The notes: a model not told the origin generated them from the sequence alone. 40,724 nt of DNA from a virus (IMGVR_UViG_2565956726_000012:1-40724), one strand, 5' to 3'; positions 1-8,229 are shown, numbered from the stretch's first letter. Translations and numbers: made by a program.

Positions 1-516
1 ATGAAATTTAAAAAATGTCTTCTGCCTGTGGTAATGTTAGCGTCATTCACTCTGGCAGGATGCCAGTCAAATGCTGATGATCATGCCGCCGATGTTTATC
101 AAACCGATCAACTGAATACCAAACAAGAAACTAAAACCGTTAATATTATTTCCATTCTTCCCGCAAAAGTTGCCGTAGACAACTCCCAAAATAAACGAAA
201 CGCACAAGCCTTCGGCGCGCTTATTGGTGCAGTCGCTGGCGGTGTTATTGGCCACAACGTCGGGTCTGGCAGCAATTCCGGAACGACGGCAGGTGCAGTT
301 GGCGGCGGAGCTGTTGGCGCGGCAGCGGGTTCTATGGTGAATGATAAAACCTTAGTGGAAGGTGTTTCTCTAACGTATAAGGAAGGCACCAAAGTGTATA
401 CCTCCACCCAGGTGGGTAAAGAGTGCCAGTTTACGACAGGTTTAGCCGTTGTTATTACCACGACGTATAACGAAACGCGTATTCAGCCAAATACCAAATG
501 TCCTGAAAAGAGCTAA
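1..516 (+). CDS. Outer-membrane lipoprotein with glycine-zipper (SlyB/YcfJ-like) segment; probable host flank
   Basis: Signal peptide with lipobox LAGC; Gly/Ala-rich stretch GALIGAVAGGVIGHNVG; ATG sits exactly at the window edge so the true start could lie upstream. Confidence 0.6.
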   Translation: MKFKKCLLPVVMLASFTLAGCQSNADDHAADVYQTDQLNTKQETKTVNIISILPAKVAVDNSQNKRNAQAFGALIGAVAGGVIGHNVGSGSNSGTTAGAVGGGAVGAAAGSMVNDKTLVEGVSLTYKEGTKVYTSTQVGKECQFTTGLAVVITTTYNETRIQPNTKCPEKS

Positions 517-531
517 TAATCAGGAGGAGTC

Positions 532-1071
532 ATGAAGAAAGTTTTTCTTTGCGCCATCTTAGCTTCCTTAAGCTATCCGGCTATCGCCTCATCATTGCAG
601 GATCAACTCTCTGCTGTCGCAGAAGCGGAACAGCAAGGTAAAAATGAAGAGCAAAGGCAGCATGACGAATGGGTCGCGGAGCGCAACAGGGAAATCCAGC
701 AAGAGAAGCAACGTCGCGCAAACGCCCAGGCCGCCGCTAACAAAAGAGCGACAACGGCAGCGGCAAATAAGAAAGCTCGTCAGGATAAACTGGACGCCGA
801 AGCCTCTGCGGACAAAAAACGCGATCAAAGTTATCAAGATGAGCTACGCAGCTTAGAGATTCAGAAACAAAAACTGGCGCTGGCGAAAGAAGAAGCCCGC
901 GTTAAGCGAGAAAACGAATTTATCGATCAGGAACTGAAGCACAAAGCTGCGCAAACCGATGTGGTGCAATCTGAAGCTGACGCAAACAGGAATATGACTG
1001 AGGGCGGTCGAGATCTGATGAAAAGCGTGGGCAAAGCAGAAGAGAACAAATCGGACAGCTGGTTTAATTAA
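532..1071 (+). CDS. Secreted charged coiled-coil protein (hypothetical); probable host flank
   Basis: AGGAGG RBS 5 nt upstream of ATG 532; N-terminal signal peptide; K/E/Q/A-rich low-complexity body. Confidence 0.5.
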   Translation: MKKVFLCAILASLSYPAIASSLQDQLSAVAEAEQQGKNEEQRQHDEWVAERNREIQQEKQRRANAQAAANKRATTAAANKKARQDKLDAEASADKKRDQSYQDELRSLEIQKQKLALAKEEARVKRENEFIDQELKHKAAQTDVVQSEADANRNMTEGGRDLMKSVGKAEENKSDSWFN

Positions 1072-1115
1072 TCGATGTAAGTAACTTCAAGCCTATAATT
1101 CTTGAAGATAAAAAA

Positions 1116-1143
1116 CCCTCTGTAGTAACAGAGGGTTTTGTTC
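1116..1143. terminator. Bidirectional rho-independent terminator between host-like genes and the prophage lysis cassette
   Basis: Stem CCCTCTGT/ACAGAGGG with 4-nt loop; T-runs on both strands (TTTTGTTC on plus, TTTTTATC on minus). Confidence 0.6.
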
Positions 1144-1290
1144 ATTCATAGTGCAGGGATCAAAATCATTCCCACTCAATTATTTACGACAATCATAACC
1201 AATTGAGTGATAACATTTTTCCAAAACTTCATTTTTCTAGTACCGTTTTATATACCGTCACCGGAAATCAGTACCATGAAAAATGCCATG

Positions 1291-1773
1291 CTATCTGGTC
1301 AGGGTGTCGTATTGTTTTTCGCAGACTCTTCCGGCTTCGGCTGCCCGGTCAGCATACTCTGCCAGTTGTCTGTTTCTCTCGAGAGATTTGCTGAGCACGT
1401 CGGCAAGCAAAACTCCGGTGTCTGCGGCTGACGTCCCAGCGCCGACAATGGCGTTATACTGCCTGAGCTGCTCACGGATGGCAAAGAGTTGTTGCTGCAA
1501 CCGGCCAGCGCGAGCGGCAGCATCAAGAGCATCATTGCGCGCCTGGTCGATCCTCTGCTGCGCTTCACGTTCATTGATCGATTTCTCCTGTTCGTAGTGC
1601 TGACGAACTATCTCATCTTCAGCTTTGCGGTCTTCCTTCGCCTGCGCATACCCGGCATCGTACTGACGACTGCCGTGTGCATTCCAGGCTACAACTCCTG
1701 ATATGACCAGAACAGCAAGCACCGCCATGATAATCAACTGTTTCCGGTATGCTTTTACGAATGCCCAGATCAT
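1291..1773 (-). CDS. Spanin inner-membrane subunit (Rz-like i-spanin)
   Basis: N-terminal transmembrane segment then long charged coiled-coil; last gene of lysis cassette; start overlaps endolysin stop (ATGA); contains embedded lipoprotein ORF. Confidence 0.75.
   Translation of the reverse strand: MIWAFVKAYRKQLIIMAVLAVLVISGVVAWNAHGSRQYDAGYAQAKEDRKAEDEIVRQHYEQEKSINEREAQQRIDQARNDALDAAARAGRLQQQLFAIREQLRQYNAIVGAGTSAADTGVLLADVLSKSLERNRQLAEYADRAAEAGRVCEKQYDTLTR
1299..1574 (-). CDS. Spanin outer-membrane lipoprotein subunit (Rz1-like o-spanin), fully embedded in Rz in another frame
   Basis: Lipobox LALAGC after hydrophobic signal; Pro/Ser-rich mature part; entirely inside the Rz gene; exact start (M1 or downstream MML) uncertain. 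Confidence 0.65.
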   Translation of the reverse strand: MNVKRSRGSTRRAMMLLMLPLALAGCSNNSLPSVSSSGSITPLSALGRQPQTPEFCLPTCSANLSRETDNWQSMLTGQPKPEESAKNNTTP

Positions 1774-2399
1774 ACCGCCAGCACCTTACTGGCATTGATG
1801 TATCGCGCGCGCCGGTCGTCGATGCCGTTCCGGCCACCATTGATAATCAGAGTTACACGTGCAATATCGCCGGTATACTTCATGCATCCTTTGCTGGCAA
1901 AGAACCACGCCGCGCTACGAGCCGCGTATTCGTCCTGCGCCAGCAGTTCAGGACTCTCCAGCAGGTCAACCTTAAGACCGTTTCCACAGTCACGATAGTT
2001 ATTCAAACCGGTAACCTGGATAAGCCCGCGCCCACGGTAGTTCCAGCCATCACCAGGGGCATTGTTCCCCATGCGTTTGCTGTACACCAGATTGGCAATC
2101 GCTCTCTGGCGCTCAAGTGGCAATGGTGGTTCGCCTGCACGTCGCCCCAATGCGTTGGCCTGTCCCTGAGTGAGACGCCCAGCCCGAACAAAGTTAGCCA
2201 GTCCGGTGACGCTGTAGTTGAAATTTTCCTGCAACCGGTTGAAGCCACCAGACTCATGCCCGACCTGAGCAATAAACATTGCCTGATCTTCGGGTTTGCT
2301 GATACCAAACTCTTTCATCGCAGAAGTTATATGCGAGAACCAGCGTGCGGCCAGCGCCTCGCTAATACCAGCAGCTCGCTGGAATTGTTTAATCTCCAT
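1770..2399 (-). CDS. Endolysin, glycoside hydrolase family 19 (chitinase-like lysozyme)
   Basis: Motifs [29 protein letters not shown] typical of GH19 phage endolysins; GAGGT RBS 8 nt before ATG 2399; the longer track ORF to 2630 is an untranslated upstream extension. Confidence 0.85.
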   Translation of the reverse strand: MEIKQFQRAAGISEALAARWFSHITSAMKEFGISKPEDQAMFIAQVGHESGGFNRLQENFNYSVTGLANFVRAGRLTQGQANALGRRAGEPPLPLERQRAIANLVYSKRMGNNAPGDGWNYRGRGLIQVTGLNNYRDCGNGLKVDLLESPELLAQDEYAARSAAWFFASKGCMKYTGDIARVTLIINGGRNGIDDRRARYINASKVLAV

Positions 2400-2697
2400 G
2401 TTTAGACCTCGATATTTTGAAAATATGAACAACGTTACCGCGTGTTTTAATAACCGCGGCAAGCATGACAGCGTTGATAATGACCTCAGATAAATCCACA
2501 GCCATTGGCGTGCGTAACCAGATTGCATAGACGACACGAACAGGAATACTTGCCGCAGCAACAATAAGGAAATAAGCAAGCCACCCTCCCCATCTTCGAT
2601 GTTGAGAGCCGTTACGCCGGAATGTGACAACGCGAATTGCTATGCCAGTACAAATAACTGCATTGGTGATAAGCAAAAAAAACTCATGCGTTACCAT
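2389..2697 (-). CDS. Small lysis-cassette membrane protein (holin or antiholin-like)
   Basis: About three predicted transmembrane segments; overlaps holin stop and endolysin start. Confidence 0.5.
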   Translation of the reverse strand: MVTHEFFLLITNAVICTGIAIRVVTFRRNGSQHRRWGGWLAYFLIVAAASIPVRVVYAIWLRTPMAVDLSEVIINAVMLAAVIKTRGNVVHIFKISRSKHGD

Positions 2698-3088
2698 CGT
2701 CTTTTCTCCCCGGAATTAACTCGCGTGGATTATCGGAACGGTGATAGAGCCAGATGCCAATACGCACGGCGACAATTGCTGACACGAATGCGCCTGCAGA
2801 GAAAACAATCCCTTTTTCAAAAGAGTCCTGCGTGATGGTAGGGATCAGGCTGGCTATGCCGATAAGAATTGATGCTGCTGGTTTGTAAAAGAGAAGGCCG
2901 CAAAGAAAGCTGAGCATCGACAGGAGCACCCGGCGACGGATGGGGTACTCTACTGCAGAGGTAACAAAAATTACCGCCCCAGCCAAAGCCCCTAAAGCAA
3001 CCTCCGGAGGGACACCTGCAATAACCGCAGCAAGAGAACTAACACTAAGCCACTGATTTGAAGTTTCATTGGTTAGTTGGAATGACAT
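2684..3088 (-). CDS. Putative holin
   Basis: 134 aa, multiple hydrophobic helices, charged C-terminus; first gene of lysis cassette immediately after tailspike. Confidence 0.55.
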   Translation of the reverse strand: MSFQLTNETSNQWLSVSSLAAVIAGVPPEVALGALAGAVIFVTSAVEYPIRRRVLLSMLSFLCGLLFYKPAASILIGIASLIPTITQDSFEKGIVFSAGAFVSAIVAVRIGIWLYHRSDNPRELIPGRKDDGNA

Positions 3089-3160
3089 AACGAAACCCGT
3101 TTATTTGCAAACACCCTGCTTCAGGAAAAGTATACCGCGCAACAACACACCATTTACGGT

Positions 3161-5623
3161 TCAATTCCCTGTTAATTGCAAAACTTGCTCTTCCAGCTTT
3201 TTAACCCTGCGTCTCATCATCGCAGATTCCAGAATCAGAGCCTCTTCATAACGGATACCGTAACATTCACCAGCCTCGACGGCTTCGCGTACCAGAACCT
3301 TTGTCTGTATAAGTGGGTAAACTCCTGCAGAATGCTCTTCTTCCGTCACATCCCTGTATTCTGCCGGGGCCTCATTCCACTTGTCATAACAGATAAATGC
3401 CAGTCGTGACACATCTATGCCTTCATTCTGAAATACACTGATAACATGCTGCGCAACTGCACCAAAGTGCCATCTTGCTCCGTCTTTACCTTTCACTTCG
3501 ATCCTGTCAAGGTACTGGTATGAAACCCATTCCACTCTTTCCCATGCGTCCAGTATTTTCTCATCAATAACCTCTGGAGCAGTCTTGAAACGCGCATCGG
3601 ACAGCACCGTAAACGCTGACTGGGTAAATCCCCCCGACCATGCACGACCAGCCAACCCAAGAGAATAAGTATTCGTTGTCGATGGTGTCATGGCTGAATC
3701 AGAAAACTGTATATATTCTGAATTTCCAGTAGATATTCGAATATTTCCATTTATTAGCGACATAGTGCCTTTAGTATTATCACTATTGAATAATTTCAAT
3801 TGCGAACTTATACCGCCTCCCACAGCCAGAGATACATCGCCTTCAGCAAGCATTCTGAATTTATCTGCAGAAACAAGCGTCTGGTTAGCAAGGTTAAAAT
3901 ATTTAACCCACCATTCAAAACGCCCTGACATAGTCCCAACGTACTGACCAAGCGCAGGGACGTGAACAACATTGCTATTTGTAGTGCCGTCTATACTGGA
4001 AATACCAGTCACCGCTGATGCAGAACTCAGAATATTATTTCTGTCACCCGGATGTTTAATTTCAACAAAGTTCCTGATACACCCTTCCTCGAAGGTAACC
4101 ACGCCGGAAGAACTATACATGGGGAATATTGACGCATAATTACTGCGTGCAGCATCTAAGAAACGAATGGTTGTAGATGTCTGCAGATCTCCTGATTCAT
4201 TTTTCCCATCACACCCAGTCATTAGAATATTACTGGCAATATTATTATTTCCCTGAACGGTGACGCCGTGCGCCTGCTTTGCGTCCGATTCAGAGTAATC
4301 AACCAGCACATCCGAAATCAGGTTACCAGTCCCCTTGCCAACAACTACTGCGGCGTATTTTGGGTTGTTAGCCATTACACTGCTAATGATATTATTCGTT
4401 GGGGCAGTTTCCGTCTCAGTTCCATTGTAAACAACGTGCTGACACTCTTCACCAATAACATTGCTGACAATGTTATATTTTGCTGCTGTTTTAAGTTCCA
4501 CTGCACCAAACTGAGGATAATTTCTGGCTATCACACCATCAATTAGCGTATTTTGCGATGAATCAAAAAGCACACAACCTGCTTTTTTATTATTTGCGAA
4601 CCCTAAATACTCTCCTCTTATATCTCTAACAATGTAACCTGACGGAATACCATTATCCGGATAAGCGATCAAGCTAAATCCTGGTCCTCGCGTATTTGTA
4701 AATCTGATATTTTTAACCGATACATCATGGCCACCTGAAAATGACACCTGGTGTCCCTGCACACTATCATCTGATTTATTTCCCATAATTGTTAGCGTAC
4801 TAAGCATGCCACCATCGGGCATGTTAAAAACCAGATGATTACCATCTCTGTCATACTGTTTTATCGTTCCCCCACCTGTTCCGTACAAGCCACAACGTGA
4901 AAGAGAAACTAAAGATGTATTGAATACCCCTTCCGGAACAAAAACACTGCTAAACGAATGTAATGATTTTGTAAAAGCATCCTTGTTATCATTTAAGATT
5001 CCATTTTGAGCTCCAAAATCCTTAATGCTGACACCATCACGCATCTTATCCTGGAACGTTCTGTATACCGCTCCAGAACCATACTGAATAAACCAACCAA
5101 AACCACCAATAACTCCGGCGATTGCAGCATCGACATAATTACGCATTGAGCGATTATTTACAGCGTCCTGCTCAAGTGATGGATCGGCAAGGTTAGATAT
5201 TCTGTTTTGCTTTGCATCGTAATATTTTGCAAGCAAAGATGGTTTCATCAATGCACGTCTGAACCACCCAAAACATCGCTGGATCAGCATCGTCAGGTAG
5301 TCAAATGCATCCTCATGAACTTCGGGGAAAAATTTTCCCTGATTGCGAAGATCAGTCTCCTGCACCACATCAAGCACACGCTCTATCGTGATTCGCCAGC
5401 CAGCAGCAAGCGGCGACGGAAGAACCACTGCACCGCCACTATAAGTTCCCGCCCCTGTTACCGTATAACCAGCATCCAGCACTAGTTTTGTAACGTTACC
5501 GTTAAGGTCAGACACCTGAACAACCAGGTCGGATTTTTTGAAAATACGGAAGGTATACGGAAATGATGTCGTAACGCCGTTACCTGTGTATTCGTTGTGG
5601 TCAACTTCGGTTGAGACCGTCAT
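3161..5623 (-). CDS. Tailspike/tail fiber with T7 gp17-like N-terminal adaptor domain, central beta-helix-type region and C-terminal intramolecular chaperone (peptidase S74) domain
   Basis: N-terminus NEYTGNGVTTSFPYTFRIFKKSDLVVQV resembles T7-type fiber N-termini; C-terminal SDARFK motif followed by a coiled-coil tail typical of self-cleaving chaperone domains; GGAG RBS. Confidence 0.8.
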   Translation of the reverse strand: MTVSTEVDHNEYTGNGVTTSFPYTFRIFKKSDLVVQVSDLNGNVTKLVLDAGYTVTGAGTYSGGAVVLPSPLAAGWRITIERVLDVVQETDLRNQGKFFPEVHEDAFDYLTMLIQRCFGWFRRALMKPSLLAKYYDAKQNRISNLADPSLEQDAVNNRSMRNYVDAAIAGVIGGFGWFIQYGSGAVYRTFQDKMRDGVSIKDFGAQNGILNDNKDAFTKSLHSFSSVFVPEGVFNTSLVSLSRCGLYGTGGGTIKQYDRDGNHLVFNMPDGGMLSTLTIMGNKSDDSVQGHQVSFSGGHDVSVKNIRFTNTRGPGFSLIAYPDNGIPSGYIVRDIRGEYLGFANNKKAGCVLFDSSQNTLIDGVIARNYPQFGAVELKTAAKYNIVSNVIGEECQHVVYNGTETETAPTNNIISSVMANNPKYAAVVVGKGTGNLISDVLVDYSESDAKQAHGVTVQGNNNIASNILMTGCDGKNESGDLQTSTTIRFLDAARSNYASIFPMYSSSGVVTFEEGCIRNFVEIKHPGDRNNILSSASAVTGISSIDGTTNSNVVHVPALGQYVGTMSGRFEWWVKYFNLANQTLVSADKFRMLAEGDVSLAVGGGISSQLKLFNSDNTKGTMSLINGNIRISTGNSEYIQFSDSAMTPSTTNTYSLGLAGRAWSGGFTQSAFTVLSDARFKTAPEVIDEKILDAWERVEWVSYQYLDRIEVKGKDGARWHFGAVAQHVISVFQNEGIDVSRLAFICYDKWNEAPAEYRDVTEEEHSAGVYPLIQTKVLVREAVEAGECYGIRYEEALILESAMMRRRVKKLEEQVLQLTGN

Positions 5624-5727
5624 GTTAAATCTCCAGATAGTCGCAGCACCCGTTGCGCCGCATATCTGGTTATTCTATTACCCAAAAAACCATATATGGA
5701 TAGAAAGACTGTGAATATGAATAGATA

Positions 5728-5742
5728 TTACCTTTCAGGTAA
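5728..5742. promoter_or_regulatory. Operator copy A (TTACCTTTCAGGTAA) of the ATTACC-N5-GGTAAT family
   Basis: Perfect 17-bp palindrome ATTACCTTTCAGGTAAT; lies between minus-strand TTGAAA -35-like hexamer and the tailspike gene, and upstream of the plus-strand island. Confidence 0.6.
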
Positions 5743-5779
5743 TTTTCAAAACGTGCTGGATAGCAAACAAATTATTTGA

Positions 5780-5799
5780 TACTGTATAAATATACAGTT
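5780..5799. promoter_or_regulatory. LexA (SOS) box TACTGTATAAATATACAGTT
   Basis: CTGT-N8-ACAG with AT-rich spacer and TA flanks, near-consensus; 20 bp upstream of ATG 5820. Confidence 0.7.
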
Positions 5800-5819
5800 A
5801 TTGCATGGAGAAGATTAAG

Positions 5820-6077
5820 ATGCAGCAGTATCACTATCCACTGGAAGAGGGATTTACCGAAAGGATTCACACGCCGGGAGGCGTCAGGTCACTGGTGGAG
5901 GGATCGCACTTGATGAAATTACTCCGGGATCTCGATAAGGATGGATTTAATGTCGATGGCCCACTTGCCGAACTGACTGCACTGATTAACTACGTCACCA
6001 GCTCACAGATGTCTATGCAGGATCTGCAAACACATCTCGACTATTGTGCCGAACAATTACGAAAACAAACCAGATAA
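5820..6077 (+). CDS. Small standalone antirepressor C-terminal (ANT/KilAC-like) domain protein; candidate SOS-inducible antirepressor
   Basis: 85 aa; clearly alignable to the C-terminus of the downstream Bro-N antirepressor (GVRSLVEGSHLMKLLRDLDKDGFNVDG..AELT vs GVLGLTENSLLMNLLNQLQDDGHDVSG..AELT); GGAG RBS before ATG 5820; LexA box upstream. Confidence 0.55.
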   Translation: MQQYHYPLEEGFTERIHTPGGVRSLVEGSHLMKLLRDLDKDGFNVDGPLAELTALINYVTSSQMSMQDLQTHLDYCAEQLRKQTR

Positions 6078-6080
6078 GGT

Positions 6081-6123
6081 TTGCAATTACCAAGTGAAGT
6101 GCTTATATTTACCTTTGCGGTAA
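6081..6123 (+). promoter_or_regulatory. Sigma70-like promoter (TTGCAA-17-TATATT) with operator copy B (TTACCTTTGCGGTAA) abutting the -10
   Basis: Near-consensus -35/-10 with 17-bp spacer; operator starts at last base of -10. Confidence 0.6.
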
Positions 6124-6236
6124 ATTTACATCGCACTCCTCTTGTGCCATAGTAATCGGGCACTGGCAAAATCCAGTGCCGGGATTGGCGTCCCGAGTTA
6201 CTAAGTGGCGCATACCACGCCAGACGTGGTTTTTTT
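6116..6236 (+). ncRNA. Putative structured small RNA or leader element (c4/sar-like antirepressor control RNA) ending in an intrinsic terminator
   Basis: No ORF; hairpins GGCACTGG/CCAGTGCC (6159-6180) and CGGGA/TCCCG (6180-6195); terminator at 6214-6236; lies between a strong promoter and the ant gene. Confidence 0.35.
6214..6236 (+). terminator. Rho-independent terminator upstream of ant
   Basis: Stem ACCACG/CGTGGT, loop CCAGA, followed by 7 T. Confidence 0.65.
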
Positions 6237-6392
6237 ATGCGTTAAGCACAGCTATATCCGAATTATGGTGGGCTGGGCAGGGGTCCGAAAGGACGCCGGT
6301 ACCACTTAGGCCGGTACGCCAACCTTGTCCAGTTCACCACCAGTAATTGGCGTTGCGGTGGTGATTAAAATCACTAAGTGGAGATAACCACC

Positions 6393-7103
6393 ATGGCTAA
6401 TGCTCAAACTGCCATCTTCAAATTTGAATCTGTTAACCCTATCCGTTCCATCATTATCGATGGCCAACCATGGTTTGTAGCCCAAGACGTTTGTAGTGCG
6501 CTGCGCATCCAAAACGTCACCCAAGCACTTGAAAAACTGGATGATGATGAAAGGTCTATGTTCAACATAGGGCATGAATATCGTGCAATTTTTGACAGCC
6601 GAGTAAAAGAGATCAACATCATCTCCGAGTCAGGCCTCTACACACTGATCCTCCGCTGCCGCGACGCAGTGACACCGGGCACTATCCCCTACCGCTTTCG
6701 TAAATGGGTTACAGGTGAGGTTCTTCCTCAGATCCGCCGCACCGGAAGTTACATTAAAAACTCGCTCCCGCAGGAAGAACGCATAAAGATGGTTGCCGAC
6801 CAGGTTGCAAACGCCACAGCATCAGCAGTGATGCAGGCAATGAAGATAGAGAACAAAACCTACAGCGCCCCGCTGAAGCCCGGCTACCGCAGCCTGATTC
6901 ATTCTCCGTCTGGTGTTCTCGGCCTGACGGAGAACTCATTGCTGATGAATCTGCTGAATCAGTTGCAGGACGACGGGCATGATGTATCGGGCGCGGCGGC
7001 GGAGCTGACCACCATGTTTTGCTACATCGTTGGTGTGAGCAAATGCCTGCGTGATATCCAGACGCACGCGGAGTACATCAACGACAAGGCAGGGTTCTTC
7101 TGA
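6393..7103 (+). CDS. ant: Antirepressor, Bro-N N-terminal domain plus ANT-like C-terminal domain
   Basis: Bro-N-like N-terminus (FKFESVNPIRSIIIDGQPWFVAQDVCSALRI); GGAG RBS 9 nt before ATG 6393; the GTG at 6378 in the track is an unlikely start. Confidence 0.8.
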   Translation: MANAQTAIFKFESVNPIRSIIIDGQPWFVAQDVCSALRIQNVTQALEKLDDDERSMFNIGHEYRAIFDSRVKEINIISESGLYTLILRCRDAVTPGTIPYRFRKWVTGEVLPQIRRTGSYIKNSLPQEERIKMVADQVANATASAVMQAMKIENKTYSAPLKPGYRSLIHSPSGVLGLTENSLLMNLLNQLQDDGHDVSGAAAELTTMFCYIVGVSKCLRDIQTHAEYINDKAGFF

Positions 7104-7148
7104 CAGAACGGCGGCACAGGGATGTGCCTTTAAATAATTCTGTACAGA

Positions 7149-7191
7149 TTGCAGACCGGGGGTGAATAGCGTACTATTACCTCAAGGGTAA
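7149..7191 (+). promoter_or_regulatory. Sigma70-like promoter (TTGCAG-17-TACTAT) with operator copy I (TTACCTCAAGGGTAA)
   Basis: Same -10-abutting operator architecture as copy B. Confidence 0.55.
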
Positions 7192-7251
7192 ACGGATTGG
7201 TTTCATTTTTATTAATCCGTGTAATGAACTTATGAGATATGAGGTAATGTC

Positions 7252-7431
7252 ATGCGAAACGAAAAATTGCAGATGCGTAGAGCGCAAGCTGCCGCAAGAC
7301 GTTCTTTCAATGGAAGCGTAGAGTACGTAAAAGTTACTATGGCAAAAGATCACGCAAGTCGCGTATCCCGCGCTTTCTTTGATTCTCGTAACAATAAGGA
7401 AAATTATGAGTTCGTCTGCGTCGCAGAATGA
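7252..7431 (+). CDS. Small basic protein (59 aa), candidate antitoxin-like partner
   Basis: GAGGTAA RBS 5 nt before ATG 7252; Arg/Lys-rich; 3-prime end overlaps start of next gene by 26 nt; below the 60-aa cut-off of the ORF track. Confidence 0.35.
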   Translation: MRNEKLQMRRAQAAARRSFNGSVEYVKVTMAKDHASRVSRAFFDSRNNKENYEFVCVAE

Positions 7432-7951
7432 TAAAAATCAAATTGTCAGATATAAGGGTCGAGTATTGCATACGCAAAATTTCTCGGCCCTTTGTGCATC
7501 TGATCTTGAGCTGAAGAAAGTATCTGATGCCTTTGCCCAGTATTGGAAAACGGGATACCATCCATCTCTTGGTAAAGATGCTGCATTTGCTCGTCCGACA
7601 GAAATGCTTAAACTAAATGTCAGGCATGCTCATGTCGATAACCAAGACTATATTCCAGAAGATAGTGATAAAAAACACACTGGTAAAAAATCATCTTGGG
7701 ATGCATGGAAAAATATAGCGTCTGTACAAGTAAAATGCATACCAACAAGTGATTGCTTTTTAGTTTATTCGGTAAATCACAATCGTGATGCGCTGGTTAT
7801 GTTTTTTGTTGACGCAGATGCCCACAACATAACTGAGCAAGAAGAGTTTAAAGAGGCAGCAATCACTATCAGTTATCAATTCTTTGAGAAAACAAAAACA
7901 GAACCAATGCCTTTAGAAGAAGATCTTTTTTCTGATAAATGGAAGGAATAA
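7406..7951 (+). CDS. Hypothetical protein with possible YafO-like toxin N-terminal region plus acidic C-terminal extension
   Basis: AAGGAAA RBS before ATG 7406; segment GKDAAFARPTEMLKLNVRHAHVD recalls a YafO-family motif from memory only; AT-rich codon usage; own promoter and terminator. Confidence 0.45.
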   Translation: MSSSASQNDKNQIVRYKGRVLHTQNFSALCASDLELKKVSDAFAQYWKTGYHPSLGKDAAFARPTEMLKLNVRHAHVDNQDYIPEDSDKKHTGKKSSWDAWKNIASVQVKCIPTSDCFLVYSVNHNRDALVMFFVDADAHNITEQEEFKEAAITISYQFFEKTKTEPMPLEEDLFSDKWKE

Positions 7952-7973
7952 GCCCGCGTTGCGGGCTTTTTTT
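7952..7973 (+). terminator. Rho-independent terminator
   Basis: Stem GCCCGC/GCGGGC followed by 7 T immediately after stop at 7951. Confidence 0.7.
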
Positions 7974-8045
7974 ATGGACGAAACAAAAGTCAGTGCTACA
8001 CTCATTGACGCCACATTGAGGTGGCTTATAGATGGAAATTTCACA

Positions 8046-8207
8046 ATGAAAAAAGCATTTGCTGCACTGTTCGTTTTGTTGTCTCTGGTAGCTTCAACTC
8101 AGGCCTTTGCCGGTCGTTGTCAACACGACAGCGATACTGCCGCTGACGGCTCCCGCTGCGGTGGGCGTTCTGCGGATTCCCGCCCGGGCGGCGGTGGCAT
8201 TCGTTAA
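8046..8207 (+). CDS. Small secreted Gly/Arg-rich protein (53 aa), hypothetical
   Basis: Signal peptide MKKAFAALFVLLSLVASTQAFA; GGAAA 7 nt upstream; the longer track ORF from 7959 would start inside the upstream terminator and is rejected. Confidence 0.4.
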   Translation: MKKAFAALFVLLSLVASTQAFAGRCQHDSDTAADGSRCGGRSADSRPGGGGIR

Positions 8208-8229
8208 AAACAAGGCCGCGAAAGCGGCC
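8204..8229 (-). terminator. Rho-independent terminator for the minus-strand structural operon
   Basis: Stem GGCCGC/GCGGCC with GAAA loop; on minus strand followed by TTGTTTTT. Confidence 0.6.

Noticed and set aside
108-461. Minus-strand ORFs antisense to the lipoprotein gene (also 67..255)
   Set aside because: Entirely antisense to a plus-strand gene with clear signal peptide and lipobox; no RBS; product is low-complexity.
1770-2630. 286-aa track ORF fusing the endolysin to an upstream extension
   Set aside because: The upstream 77 codons overlap the membrane-protein gene in another frame and lack endolysin homology; strong RBS precedes the internal ATG at 2399.
7959-8207. 82-aa ORF starting at 7959
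   Set aside because: Its first codons lie inside the terminator hairpin of the preceding gene; the signal-peptide-bearing product begins at ATG 8046 with its own RBS.
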